The position numbers and the translations under genes were made by a program. Source: an uncultured Luteolibacter sp. (lineage in GTDB: Bacteria > Verrucomicrobiota > Verrucomicrobiia > Verrucomicrobiales > Akkermansiaceae). From it: DNA of 52,630 bases. Location of the stretch: the NCBI GenBank assembly GCA_964639755.1, contig CAZXHZ010000020.1, positions 1 to 52,630 on the forward strand. The letters run 5' to 3'. Below are positions 38,176-47,268 of this stretch, piece by piece (within the stretch, counting starts at the first letter, position 1; each line of letters begins with the position of its first letter). Under the pieces are notes generated by a model. That model ran no database searches. It saw only the letters and a program-made list of their open reading frames with translations, and was not told the origin of the DNA.

Positions 38176-40215
38176 ATGCGGTGGGCGCGATGCGGTTTGC
38201 TTGCCGGATTGACCTCGCTCGCTTTTTCAAGCGCGGGAGCCAAGGTCGTCGAGTATGACCTGCAGGTTACCGAAGCGCGTTGGTCGCCGGAGTCGGGGAT
38301 TAAGCTATCGCGGACCTTGATGCTCAATGGTGGCATACCCGGGCCTACGCTGCGATTTCGGGAAGGCGACATCGCACGCATCCGCGTGCACAATATGCTC
38401 AAGCGCGAAGAGACATCGATCCACTGGCATGGTCTGCTGGTGCCGAATTCGCAGGATGGCGTGCCGTATGTCACCACGCCGCCGATCCAGCCAGGCGAGA
38501 CGCGGGTCTTTGAATTTCCTCTCAGGCAGGCCGGGACGTATTGGTATCACAGCCACACCGACCTGCAGGAGCAGAGTGGCGTGTATGGGTCGATCGTGAT
38601 AGAGCCCAAAAATGGCGAGCGCGTGAAAACCGCGCGCGATCATGTCGTCGTATTGTCGGATTGGACGCGTGAAAATCCGCATGAGGTCATGCGCTCATTG
38701 ATGCGTGGCAGCGATTGGTACGCTTTCCGCAAAGGTGCGATGCAAAGCGTAATGGGTGCGGCCAAGGCCGGATTTTTGGCAGACTTTTGGGATCGCGAGC
38801 GATCACGCATGCCGGCGATGGATGTTTCGGATGTTGCGTACGATGCGTTTTTGGCGAATGGGAAAAGATCGATTGATCTCGGTGGAAAACCTGGAGAGAG
38901 GATCAGGCTGCGTTTCATCAACGCTGGAGCGGCGACCTACTTTTACCTGCAATCGGCGACGGGTCCGATGACGCTGGTCGCGTCCGATGGCAAGGATGTG
39001 AAACCATTTCAAATCAAGCGTCTGCTGATCGGCATGGCGGAAACCTACGATGTCGTAGTGACGGTGCCGCGAAGTGGCAAATGGGAAATTCGTGCGACTT
39101 CGCAGGATGGCACGGGTCATGCGTCGATGTGGATTGGCAGCGGCATGTCGAATCCCGCGCCGGAGGTTCCCAAGCCGGAGCTTTACAACATGGACGCGCA
39201 CCTGATGGCGGCGATGGATGAGGAGGAAGCGACTGGCAATGAGGAGCGCCCACTTTCGCCTTATCGACGGATGCGCGCAGTGGAGTCGACAGCCTTTGCC
39301 GCCAACTTGCTGCGCCGCACGATCGAACTGCGGCTCAGCGGCGACATGACGCGCTATGTGTGGTCATTCAATGGCAAGACAATGGCCGAGGACGGAGTGA
39401 TCAAGATCAAACGCGGCGAGGTGCTGCGGCTTGAACTGATCAACGACTCAATGATGCATCATCCGCTGCACCTGCATGGTCATTTTTTCCGGGTGGTTGA
39501 GGGTCAGGAAAATGACGCGCCGCTCAAGCACACGGTTGATGTGCCGCCCATGGGTAAAAGGACGATTGAGTTTGAAGCCAACGAACAAGGCGACTGGTTG
39601 TTTCATTGCCATTTGCTTTACCACATGCATTCCGGCATGGCGCGGGTGTTTTCTTATGAAGAGCAGGGGGCGGATCATCAGCCGAATCTTGGCGAGCATG
39701 CGCGCGATCCGTTCTTCTTCATGGCTGATGGCTCGATACAAAACCACATGAGCATGGGCATGCTGACGCTGATGAATGCCCACAATGATTTTTATGGCAG
39801 CTGGGATGTCGGCATTCATCACCATGATGATGGCGAGCATGAACACGAATTTGATTACGAGGCAGATTTGGCCTGGCGGCGTGTGATCAACCCCGATTTG
39901 GCCACGCTGCTTGGCTGGCGCTTCACCAATCGGGAAGATGAGGAAGACCGCGCCTTTGGCGGCATTGGATACCGTTTGCCTTATCTCGTGCATAGTTCCG
40001 TGCAGATCGACAGCGAGGGTGATGTGCGCGTGGGTGTCGAGAAGTCGCTGCAGCTCACTGACCGCATTTCGTGGTTTGTCGGAGTGCAATACGACAGCGG
40101 CAGCCTTTGGGAGTGGGCTACTGGGGCCGAGTGCCTGCTCAGCAAAAGGGTTTCTCTCATCACGCAATACCATTCCGAGCACGGCTTCGGTGCTGGTTTT
40201 GGTTTTCGATTCTGA
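38176..40215 (+). CDS. Multicopper oxidase (CopA/PcoA-like) fused to a C-terminal outer-membrane beta-barrel-like domain
   Basis: Cu motifs IHWHG, WYHSH, HHPLHLHGH and HCHLLYHMHSGM. C-terminal amphipathic strands end in GFGFRF. Start could be 38161 or 38176. Confidence 0.9.
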   Translation: MRWARCGLLAGLTSLAFSSAGAKVVEYDLQVTEARWSPESGIKLSRTLMLNGGIPGPTLRFREGDIARIRVHNMLKREETSIHWHGLLVPNSQDGVPYVTTPPIQPGETRVFEFPLRQAGTYWYHSHTDLQEQSGVYGSIVIEPKNGERVKTARDHVVVLSDWTRENPHEVMRSLMRGSDWYAFRKGAMQSVMGAAKAGFLADFWDRERSRMPAMDVSDVAYDAFLANGKRSIDLGGKPGERIRLRFINAGAATYFYLQSATGPMTLVASDGKDVKPFQIKRLLIGMAETYDVVVTVPRSGKWEIRATSQDGTGHASMWIGSGMSNPAPEVPKPELYNMDAHLMAAMDEEEATGNEERPLSPYRRMRAVESTAFAANLLRRTIELRLSGDMTRYVWSFNGKTMAEDGVIKIKRGEVLRLELINDSMMHHPLHLHGHFFRVVEGQENDAPLKHTVDVPPMGKRTIEFEANEQGDWLFHCHLLYHMHSGMARVFSYEEQGADHQPNLGEHARDPFFFMADGSIQNHMSMGMLTLMNAHNDFYGSWDVGIHHHDDGEHEHEFDYEADLAWRRVINPDLATLLGWRFTNREDEEDRAFGGIGYRLPYLVHSSVQIDSEGDVRVGVEKSLQLTDRISWFVGVQYDSGSLWEWATGAECLLSKRVSLITQYHSEHGFGAGFGFRF

Positions 40216-40322
40216 ACGAGCGGCTACGCAAAAACCCGAACAGCCAACAGGAACTTTGCTGAATGGCTTTACGTGATGACAAATCGGCTTTAGCGAGTAT
40301 TTTACATAAGAAAAAAAATATC

Positions 40323-40592
40323 ATGAAACAGAAAACCGTCACATTCATCATTGCCGTGCTGACCGCATGCGCGGCCTCCGCTGCTGAAGTGAAACCGTAT
40401 TCGTCCGATTTTTGCATCGTCAGCGGAAACAAATTGGGCTCGATGGGTACTCCCGTCACCATAGTGCATAACGGGCAAGAGGTGAAGTTCTGCTGCAAGG
40501 CCTGTATCGGGAAGTTCCAAAAGAATCCCGAGAAATACCTGAAGAAAATTTCACCCAAGCAGGAAGCTCCTAAAAAAGAGCCGAAAAAATAA
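40323..40592 (+). CDS. Small secreted YHS/TRASH-like metal-binding protein
   Basis: Signal peptide, CIVSGNKLGSMG and VKFCCKAC...F..NPEKY. Confidence 0.8.
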   Translation: MKQKTVTFIIAVLTACAASAAEVKPYSSDFCIVSGNKLGSMGTPVTIVHNGQEVKFCCKACIGKFQKNPEKYLKKISPKQEAPKKEPKK

Positions 40593-40803
40593 TTCCATCG
40601 TATGTGGCGAGGCTCGCGGACTCGCTTCAAAGTGGAAAGGGGTTTGGTGGGCCTCGATAGCGAGCAAGCAGTGGGGTCGATGGCATTGCGTGTCATCATG
40701 ATCGATGATTTTTAGTGGTCATATGTCAGCAGCACATGATCTCTTTCCTTGAAAAAGCCATTCAGCGTTACAATCATTCGGCGCATAAATCACATTATTC
40801 GCC

Positions 40804-42210
40804 ATGAAACAACGCTGCATGAAATCCAAACTATGTCTATGCTTTTCATTGTTTCATGCGATTTGTTTAAGTCCATTGATCGCAAATGTTTCTCTGCCCG
40901 CTGTTTTTGGCGATCACATGGTTTTGCAGCAAAAAAGTGAAATCAAGCTATGGGGGTGGGCGAAGCCGTTGGAGAAGGTGCTTGTCACTACTTCTTGGAG
41001 TACGGATCAAATTGAAACCGTCGCAAACAATCAGGCCAACTGGTCGGTCGTTTTGAAAACTCCGGAAGCAGGTGGCGTTCATTCGATCAAAGTCCAAGGG
41101 TATAATGCTTTGGAAATCAATGATGTCCTCATTGGAGAGGTCTGGTTGGCATCGGGTCAATCCAACATGGAATGGAATGCCCGGATGGGGATAGACAACG
41201 CGAAGGCAGCTGTTGAAAATGCCACGCAGAAAGAAATCAGATTTTTTTCCGTCACGCACAGGACTGCGTTATCTCCCAATTACGATGTCGACGGAACATG
41301 GGTTGTGTGCAGCCCCGAGACGATGATCGATTTCAGTGCGGTTGGTTATTTTCATGCGAAAAAGCTCAATGAAAAATTAAAAGTCCCGATTGGAATTATC
41401 AATGCCAGTTGGGGCGGGACGCCCATTGAGACATGGATGCCTGAAGAGGCCATTTTAAACAACCCAAGATTGCTCGAAGCTTCAAAAGCTCATGGTGAAA
41501 TGTCATGGACTCCGAGGGAGCCCGGAAGAATTTACAATGCCATGATAGCTCCTCTTGCGTCTTACAGGATTGCTGGTGTTATTTGGTATCAGGGAGAGGC
41601 CAACACGATCAACGCCGAAGCATATTCCGAAATGCTTCAGAAATTGATCGAGTCATGGCGGATTGGATTCCAATCCGATTTTCCATTTTACTTTGCCCAG
41701 ATTGCTCCATGGAACGGCAACAAACCCTATGCCGGCGTCAAACTTCGGGAATCACAGCGCAAGGCATTGTGCGCTCCCAAAACCGGCATGGTGGTTGTAT
41801 CGGATATAGTAGGTGACATAAACGACATTCATCCAAGAAACAAAGCCGATGTTGGGAGAAGATTTGCCGATCTCGCGCTTAACCAATGCTATGGTTTTGA
41901 TGAATATCCTGTTTCAGGCCCTTTGTTTTCAGGATTGCGCGTTGAGGGTGACAAAATTGCAGTGGATTTCAAATATGCGGAAGGTTTGCATTTCAAAGGA
42001 GATTCTCCCGATGGTTTTGAGATAGCTGGGTTAGACGGAATTTGGCACTCCGCGAATGCCACCATCAACGGAAGCTCCGTCATGCTAAGCTCTCCTGAAG
42101 TAAAAAATCCGGCAAACGCCAGATTGGCATGGTCCAATACGGCTGGCTCCAACCTTTTCAATTCCGGCGGATTGCCCGCTTCGTGTTTCAATTCGATGAA
42201 AGATTTTTAA
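40804..42210 (+). CDS. Sialate O-acetylesterase (SASA) family esterase
   Basis: FGDHMVLQ, GEVWLASGQSNME, SWGGT, WYQGEAN, DIHPRNK and GLPASCF. Confidence 0.92.
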   Translation: MKQRCMKSKLCLCFSLFHAICLSPLIANVSLPAVFGDHMVLQQKSEIKLWGWAKPLEKVLVTTSWSTDQIETVANNQANWSVVLKTPEAGGVHSIKVQGYNALEINDVLIGEVWLASGQSNMEWNARMGIDNAKAAVENATQKEIRFFSVTHRTALSPNYDVDGTWVVCSPETMIDFSAVGYFHAKKLNEKLKVPIGIINASWGGTPIETWMPEEAILNNPRLLEASKAHGEMSWTPREPGRIYNAMIAPLASYRIAGVIWYQGEANTINAEAYSEMLQKLIESWRIGFQSDFPFYFAQIAPWNGNKPYAGVKLRESQRKALCAPKTGMVVVSDIVGDINDIHPRNKADVGRRFADLALNQCYGFDEYPVSGPLFSGLRVEGDKIAVDFKYAEGLHFKGDSPDGFEIAGLDGIWHSANATINGSSVMLSSPEVKNPANARLAWSNTAGSNLFNSGGLPASCFNSMKDF

Positions 42211-42288
42211 ATCTCAAACAATGGCCTGCTATCAATTTGCATTGCAAAATAGCCTTGACTTTATGTCTTGAAGAATTGGGATTTATCC

Positions 42289-43899
42289 ATGTCATTTGCA
42301 AAACATAGCCCAACGTTTTCCCAGCGTTTTCAAGTTCATGCAAAATCACGGCGTAGGCTTCATTGGCTTTTGTTGGTTTTGCCGTTGACGATTGGCAGCG
42401 CTCTTGCGGACGTGGCACTTCCGGCGTTTTTCAGCAATAATGCCGTCCTGCAGCGGGATAAGCCCTTGCCCATCTGGGGCACTGCCGCTGCTGGTGAGCC
42501 AGTCCAAGTCACCCTTGGGAGCAAATCGATGAAAACCACGGCTGGCGCTGATGGTCGCTGGCGCGTCATTTTGCCGCCACAGGCGGTTTCCAAAGAAGCG
42601 TTGACCTTGAGTGTGGTGGGCAAAAACACGATCACTTGCAATGACATCCTTTTGGGTGATGTGTGGCTGTGCAGCGGCCAATCCAACATGTCGATGAACA
42701 TCAACGGATTTCCCAAGATTCCGGAATACGCTGCGGACCTGCAGGCGGCAAATGCGACCCCGCTGATCCACCACTACGCGGCCAAGGATGTGATGGCCGT
42801 TGAAGAGCAGGCAAATATTGAGGGCCGTTGGGAGGCGTGCAGCACTCGCACTGTACCTGGCTTCACCGCGGTGGGCTACCACTTCGCACGGCGCGTGCAT
42901 GCGGCCACAGGCGTGCCCATCGGCATCATTCGTGCCGCAAAGGGGAGCACCGTCATTGAATTGTGGCTGTCTCTGCAGACCCTGCTTACTGAGCCTCAGC
43001 TTAAGCAATATGGCGACAAGCTGCGTGCCGCCACGGCAAAGTGGGAACAGGAGAAACAGGCGGCACTGGCGGCCGGTAAGCAGCCGGATGCACCGGATTT
43101 CCCGCCACACCCGCTGAGTGAGGCCAGCCAGCTGCGCCCGCACTACACGACCCGTTACAACTCAATGATCGCGCCGTTTGGAGGCATGGCACTGCGCGGC
43201 ATCATCTGGTATCAGGCCGAGACCAACTCGCTCACCCCGCAGCTGACAGCGGACTATCCAGCGTTGCAGCGCGCGCTCGTCAGTTCGTGGCGCAAGCTTT
43301 TCAACGACCCGCAACTGCCATTCCTTTACGTCCAGCTGCCCAACTATCGGGAAGTGAGTGAAAACCCTAACACCGTCGAAAACTGGGCGCTCATGCGCGA
43401 GAGCCAAGCGCAGTGCCTCGATGTGCCTAATACCCACATGGCCGTCACTATCGACATCGGCCAGGCCGACGACATTCATCCGAGCAACAAGTATGATGTT
43501 GGCGAGCGGCTTGGGGCGCTGGCACTTCGAAATGTTTATGGGCAGAGTGCGGTGGTGGCACGCGGCCCGGTGTTCAAGGAGCTGCAGATCAAAGGTGGCA
43601 AGGTGGTGGTGAGCTTTACCGAGCTGGGTGGCGGACTCATTGTTGGCCGCAAGGACGGGCGCGCTCCGCTTGTTGAAGACAAAGGTGGCAAGCTCGCCCG
43701 CTTCGCTATTGCCGGCGCTGATAAGAAGTTTGTCTGGGCCGACGCAGTCATAGCTGGCGACACAGTGGTGGTCAGCTCGCCCGAAGTGCCCAACCCGGTG
43801 GCTGTCCGCTACGCGTTCGCATCCAACCCGGCTGGTGCCAACCTCTACAACCGCGCCGGTTTGCCTGCAGCACCATTCCGCACTGACACTTGGAAATGA
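42289..43899 (+). CDS. Sialate O-acetylesterase (SASA) family esterase
   Basis: NAVLQR, GDVWLCSGQSNM, WYQAETN, VQLPNY, DIHPSNK and NLYNRAGLPAAPFRTD. Start is uncertain. Confidence 0.9.
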   Translation: MSFAKHSPTFSQRFQVHAKSRRRLHWLLLVLPLTIGSALADVALPAFFSNNAVLQRDKPLPIWGTAAAGEPVQVTLGSKSMKTTAGADGRWRVILPPQAVSKEALTLSVVGKNTITCNDILLGDVWLCSGQSNMSMNINGFPKIPEYAADLQAANATPLIHHYAAKDVMAVEEQANIEGRWEACSTRTVPGFTAVGYHFARRVHAATGVPIGIIRAAKGSTVIELWLSLQTLLTEPQLKQYGDKLRAATAKWEQEKQAALAAGKQPDAPDFPPHPLSEASQLRPHYTTRYNSMIAPFGGMALRGIIWYQAETNSLTPQLTADYPALQRALVSSWRKLFNDPQLPFLYVQLPNYREVSENPNTVENWALMRESQAQCLDVPNTHMAVTIDIGQADDIHPSNKYDVGERLGALALRNVYGQSAVVARGPVFKELQIKGGKVVVSFTELGGGLIVGRKDGRAPLVEDKGGKLARFAIAGADKKFVWADAVIAGDTVVVSSPEVPNPVAVRYAFASNPAGANLYNRAGLPAAPFRTDTWK

Positions 43900-43969
43900 T
43901 TTTTTTATAGCCGCTGCCAAGTGGAGCGGCAAATGAAGATCATTGAGGCAGTGTGATTGATGCCCAATC

Positions 43970-44455
43970 TTACTTCAGCATCGAATCGATCGGCTCGGAC
44001 TCAGGCGTCCAGTATCGAATGGTGGTGACCTTGTCGCCATCGAGCGTGAGAATTGTAACCTTGCCTTTTTGCTCCGGGAAGCGGGCGATCAGTTCGGCAT
44101 CGTCGGCGAGAATGATGCGGTGGCAATATTTCTTCATTTTTGGAAATGCGAAAATCCGGCCGATGCCGGGCATGCCGTGAATGTTGGCGATGTAAGCTGC
44201 TCTTTTGCTTGGAAGATAGTCCGCGCCTGCGGCGTGCAGTGCGGCGTTGGCGCGCTTGCCGGTGTCCATGTCATGACTCACAAGCAGATAGTCGAGCGTC
44301 CCCGGCTTGAATTCAAAAGCTTGATCATGCTGATCTTTGGCGCTGAAGGCGGTGAGTGCTTTGCCAACCTCACAGGGGGCGGCGGATGCAAATATGCCGA
44401 TGCTAAAGGCTAGCGAACAAATGAGTGTTGTGAGGGCAAACTTACTTTTTTTCAT
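43970..44455 (-). CDS. Secreted hypothetical protein, possibly thioredoxin-like fold without CxxC
   Basis: Signal peptide followed by 'VG..L..FS.KDQ.DQ', resembling the start of AhpC/TSA-like folds, and IANI.GMP.I...FA.PKM..Y..RI.L. Divergent from the yceI operon. Confidence 0.7.
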   Translation of the reverse strand: MKKSKFALTTLICSLAFSIGIFASAAPCEVGKALTAFSAKDQHDQAFEFKPGTLDYLLVSHDMDTGKRANAALHAAGADYLPSKRAAYIANIHGMPGIGRIFAFPKMKKYCHRIILADDAELIARFPEQKGKVTILTLDGDKVTTIRYWTPESEPIDSMLK

Positions 44456-44508
44456 AGGCTCAAGACTCAATACACATGATGTCAAAAACGCAAGCGTAAT
44501 GAAAGTTT

Positions 44509-44525
44509 TTGATAATCATTCTCAA
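44509..44525. promoter_or_regulatory. Fur-family (Fur/PerR-type) box
   Basis: TTGATAATCATTCTCAA is an 8-1-8 near-perfect palindrome matching the Fur core TGATAATNATTATCA with one mismatch, in an AT-rich divergent promoter region. Confidence 0.75.
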
Positions 44526-44603
44526 TAATATGAAAAATGTTTTACCATTTTCCGATCGCATCTTGATTCACCTGTGCCCAGCGGTAGTTTGGGCCACCAA
44601 GAT

Positions 44604-45152
44604 ATGAAAAATAAGATCGCGTTATGGTTGTTGGCTTTTGTCGTTGGGTTGGGTCAGGCGGAAGCGGCCGAGCTTGTGGTGGACAAGTCGCGCAGCCGGA
44701 TTCAGGTTGACGCCAAAGCGACCGGCCATCGGTTCACAGGCAATCTAAATTCCTATGAGGTTGATGTGGAAGGGGATGCCGAAACGCTTGATCCGAAGTC
44801 CTTCCAGTTGAATTGGAATTTCAAGGATCTTGATACCGATGATGAGAAGCGCGATGCCGAGATGATGAAATGGCTGGGTGGTGATGCCGAAAAAGGATCG
44901 TTCAAACTCGACAAATCATGGGCCGACGAAAAGGGCGTTGAGCACGGCATCGGCACTCTGACAATTCATGGTGTTTCCAAGACCGTTTCATTTCCCTACA
45001 CTGCCAAGAAAGATGGTGAGTGGGTGACCATCGATGGCAAGGTGTCGATGGACTATCGCAATTTTGATTTGCCAATCATTCGCGCGATGGCGGTGATGAC
45101 GGTCGATCCGCAGTTGGTCGTTCGTTTTCATGTGGTGGGAAAAATCAACTGA
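44604..45152 (+). CDS. YceI-family periplasmic lipid/polyisoprenoid-binding protein
   Basis: Signal peptide, VDKS.S.I, F.G, LDT...KRD..M, GTLTIHGVSK.V.F and DF.L-type strands. Confidence 0.85.
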   Translation: MKNKIALWLLAFVVGLGQAEAAELVVDKSRSRIQVDAKATGHRFTGNLNSYEVDVEGDAETLDPKSFQLNWNFKDLDTDDEKRDAEMMKWLGGDAEKGSFKLDKSWADEKGVEHGIGTLTIHGVSKTVSFPYTAKKDGEWVTIDGKVSMDYRNFDLPIIRAMAVMTVDPQLVVRFHVVGKIN

Positions 45153-45189
45153 GTTTCAGAACAAGCAAATTCATAGAAATACCTGATCA

Positions 45190-46131
45190 ATGACTCCCGA
45201 GGCATGGTGGCACAGGCGGTTGGAATGGGCGAAATCGGTGATGGCCGAGCGCTTTGCCAACGGGTTTGGATCGATCGCTAAGATCGAGCCGCATTTGGCC
45301 GAAGGCTTGATGCATGTGCTGTCGCGCCCCGGTTCGTTGGTGCGTGCGGTCACGGCTTATCTGATCGCGCTTGAGATGGGGGTGATTGATGAGGCGGCGA
45401 AGGCAATTGGTTGTGGCATTGAGTATCTGCATACGGCATCGCTGATTTTTGATGATTTGCCGGCCATGGACGATGCTCGGATGCGGCGTGGTGCAGCTTG
45501 CTTGCATGTCGTGCAGGGTGAAACTGTCGCAATTCTTACGGCATTGGCTCTGGTGAACCGCGGCTATGCGATGCTATGGCAAGGAATCTCACATGCGCAA
45601 TCCGGTCAACGTATGCAGCAGGCAGGTGACTTGGTTGATGCTTGCCTTGGCGTGCACGGCGTGATCGGCGGTCAGGCGATGGATTTGAGAGGTGCCGGCA
45701 ATGCCTCGTCGGTGGCCGATGTCACGGAGGTTGCAGCACGCAAGACGGGCGATTTGTTGCGCCTGACGCTGGTGCTGCCGGCTTTGGTGGGCAATGGTAC
45801 CGATCGCGAGATTCAATTGCTCAACCGCATCGGTTTGATGAGGGGCTTGGCGTATCAGGCGGCGGATGATTTGAAGGACGTGCTGGGTGCTGAAGAGGAA
45901 ACCGGCAAGACGGCGTCGCGCGACCAGACCATGGGTCGACCAAATCTGATTATGGCTGAAGGTTTTCAGGCGACGCTACGCCGCTTCAGCCGCCTCAGGC
46001 GTATTGGCGATCGCATGCAATCGGCCTTGCCAGGTTCGCGTGAGCGTTGGGGTATGCTTGCTCCGCTGCGCGTGACGCTGCCCGTGCGCACCGATCTGGT
46101 CGGATCGCCGGTGATCATGAATGCGGTCTGA
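45190..46131 (+). CDS. Trans-polyprenyl diphosphate synthase family protein (IspA/CrtE fold), atypical
   Basis: E.LHTASLIFDDLPAMDD..RRG (first Asp-rich motif), GGQAMDL, KTG, YQAADDLKD (second Asp-rich motif) and GKT...D. Confidence 0.9.
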   Translation: MTPEAWWHRRLEWAKSVMAERFANGFGSIAKIEPHLAEGLMHVLSRPGSLVRAVTAYLIALEMGVIDEAAKAIGCGIEYLHTASLIFDDLPAMDDARMRRGAACLHVVQGETVAILTALALVNRGYAMLWQGISHAQSGQRMQQAGDLVDACLGVHGVIGGQAMDLRGAGNASSVADVTEVAARKTGDLLRLTLVLPALVGNGTDREIQLLNRIGLMRGLAYQAADDLKDVLGAEEETGKTASRDQTMGRPNLIMAEGFQATLRRFSRLRRIGDRMQSALPGSRERWGMLAPLRVTLPVRTDLVGSPVIMNAV

Positions 46132-46155
46132 TGGGCCATAGACACGGATGACTGC

Positions 46156-47268
46156 ATGAGTCTTTGGCGAATGATTTTTACCAACCTGCGCCGCCACCGC
46201 GTGCGCACGCTGATTGGCATGGCCGGCATCGCATTGGGTGTCGCGACGATGTTGAGCGTGGTGGGTCTGCTTGGTGGTGCGGTAAAGATGTTTGAGCGCA
46301 TTTTGCGCAATGACTCCGAATTGCTTGTGTTTGAGAAAAATGTTTCGGATTTGTTCTTCAGCAATGTGCCGGTGGAGTTGGCGCAAAAACTTCGCGAGCA
46401 ATCATTCGTAAAGGCCGCACGGCCGGTGTTGTTTGCGATCATTGCCGCGCCAGAGCGACCGGTGGTGACGTGTTTCGGGATTCTCGCCGAGGATCCGCGG
46501 CTTGATGGTGCGGAGTGGATTGGTGGCGTTGCTGGAAATTTCCGTGACGATGCGCGCGGGGTGGTACTGGGTGAACGTGCGGCAGATTTCCTCAATGCCA
46601 AGGTCGGTGGCACGGTGACTTTGGGTCAGGAGGACTGGCCGGTGGTTGGAGTGGTTCGCATGGAAAACGGATTTGAAAATGGCGGCGTGTTCATGCCGCT
46701 CGCCGAATGCCAACGGGCTTTTCACAAGGATGGTGTTTGCTCGGTGTTAACGGTGGCTTTGGCTGATGGCGCGAAAACTTCCGAAGTGAAGGATTGGGTC
46801 AATGCCAACTGTCCGCGCATGACGGCTTTGGAGAATGAAGAATTCAGTCGCAGTTATTCGCAGTTTCGCATCATGAAAACCACCGCGTGGGTGGTTGGTG
46901 GCTGTGCGTTTTTGTTGGGCGGCCTAAGCGTTACCAACACGATGATCCTCTCGGTTTTCGGTCGCATTCGTGAGCTCGCGATTGCAAGAGTTTGCGGATT
47001 TTCGCGAGGTCAGGTGGCGTGGATGATTTTTGGTGAGTCGATTTTGATTTCACTCATGGGCATCGCTGCCGGATGGTTGTTGAGTTCGGCGGGCTTGCAG
47101 GTGCTGCGCGAGGTTCCGCAACTTCAGGGGTACATCGAACCGACGGTCGGCTGGGTCGAGCTCGCGGGTGCGGCGGCGCTGGCAATGATCACGGCGTTCG
47201 CGGGAACACTTTATCCGGCATGGGTCGCCGCGCGACTTGATCCGGCCAGAGCATTGAGATTCGAATGA
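46156..47268 (+). CDS. ABC transporter permease (MacB/FtsX/LolE type)
   Basis: NLRRHRVRTL..GIALGVA, a large periplasmic domain, NTMILSV..RIRELAI....GF and YPAW.AARLDPARALRFE. Confidence 0.93.
   Translation: MSLWRMIFTNLRRHRVRTLIGMAGIALGVATMLSVVGLLGGAVKMFERILRNDSELLVFEKNVSDLFFSNVPVELAQKLREQSFVKAARPVLFAIIAAPERPVVTCFGILAEDPRLDGAEWIGGVAGNFRDDARGVVLGERAADFLNAKVGGTVTLGQEDWPVVGVVRMENGFENGGVFMPLAECQRAFHKDGVCSVLTVALADGAKTSEVKDWVNANCPRMTALENEEFSRSYSQFRIMKTTAWVVGGCAFLLGGLSVTNTMILSVFGRIRELAIARVCGFSRGQVAWMIFGESILISLMGIAAGWLLSSAGLQVLREVPQLQGYIEPTVGWVELAGAAALAMITAFAGTLYPAWVAARLDPARALRFE

Noticed and set aside
43901-43931. Hairpin GCCGCTGCCAAGTGGAGCGGC as an intrinsic terminator
   Set aside because: The T-run precedes the stem on the plus strand, so neither strand has a 3' U-tract.
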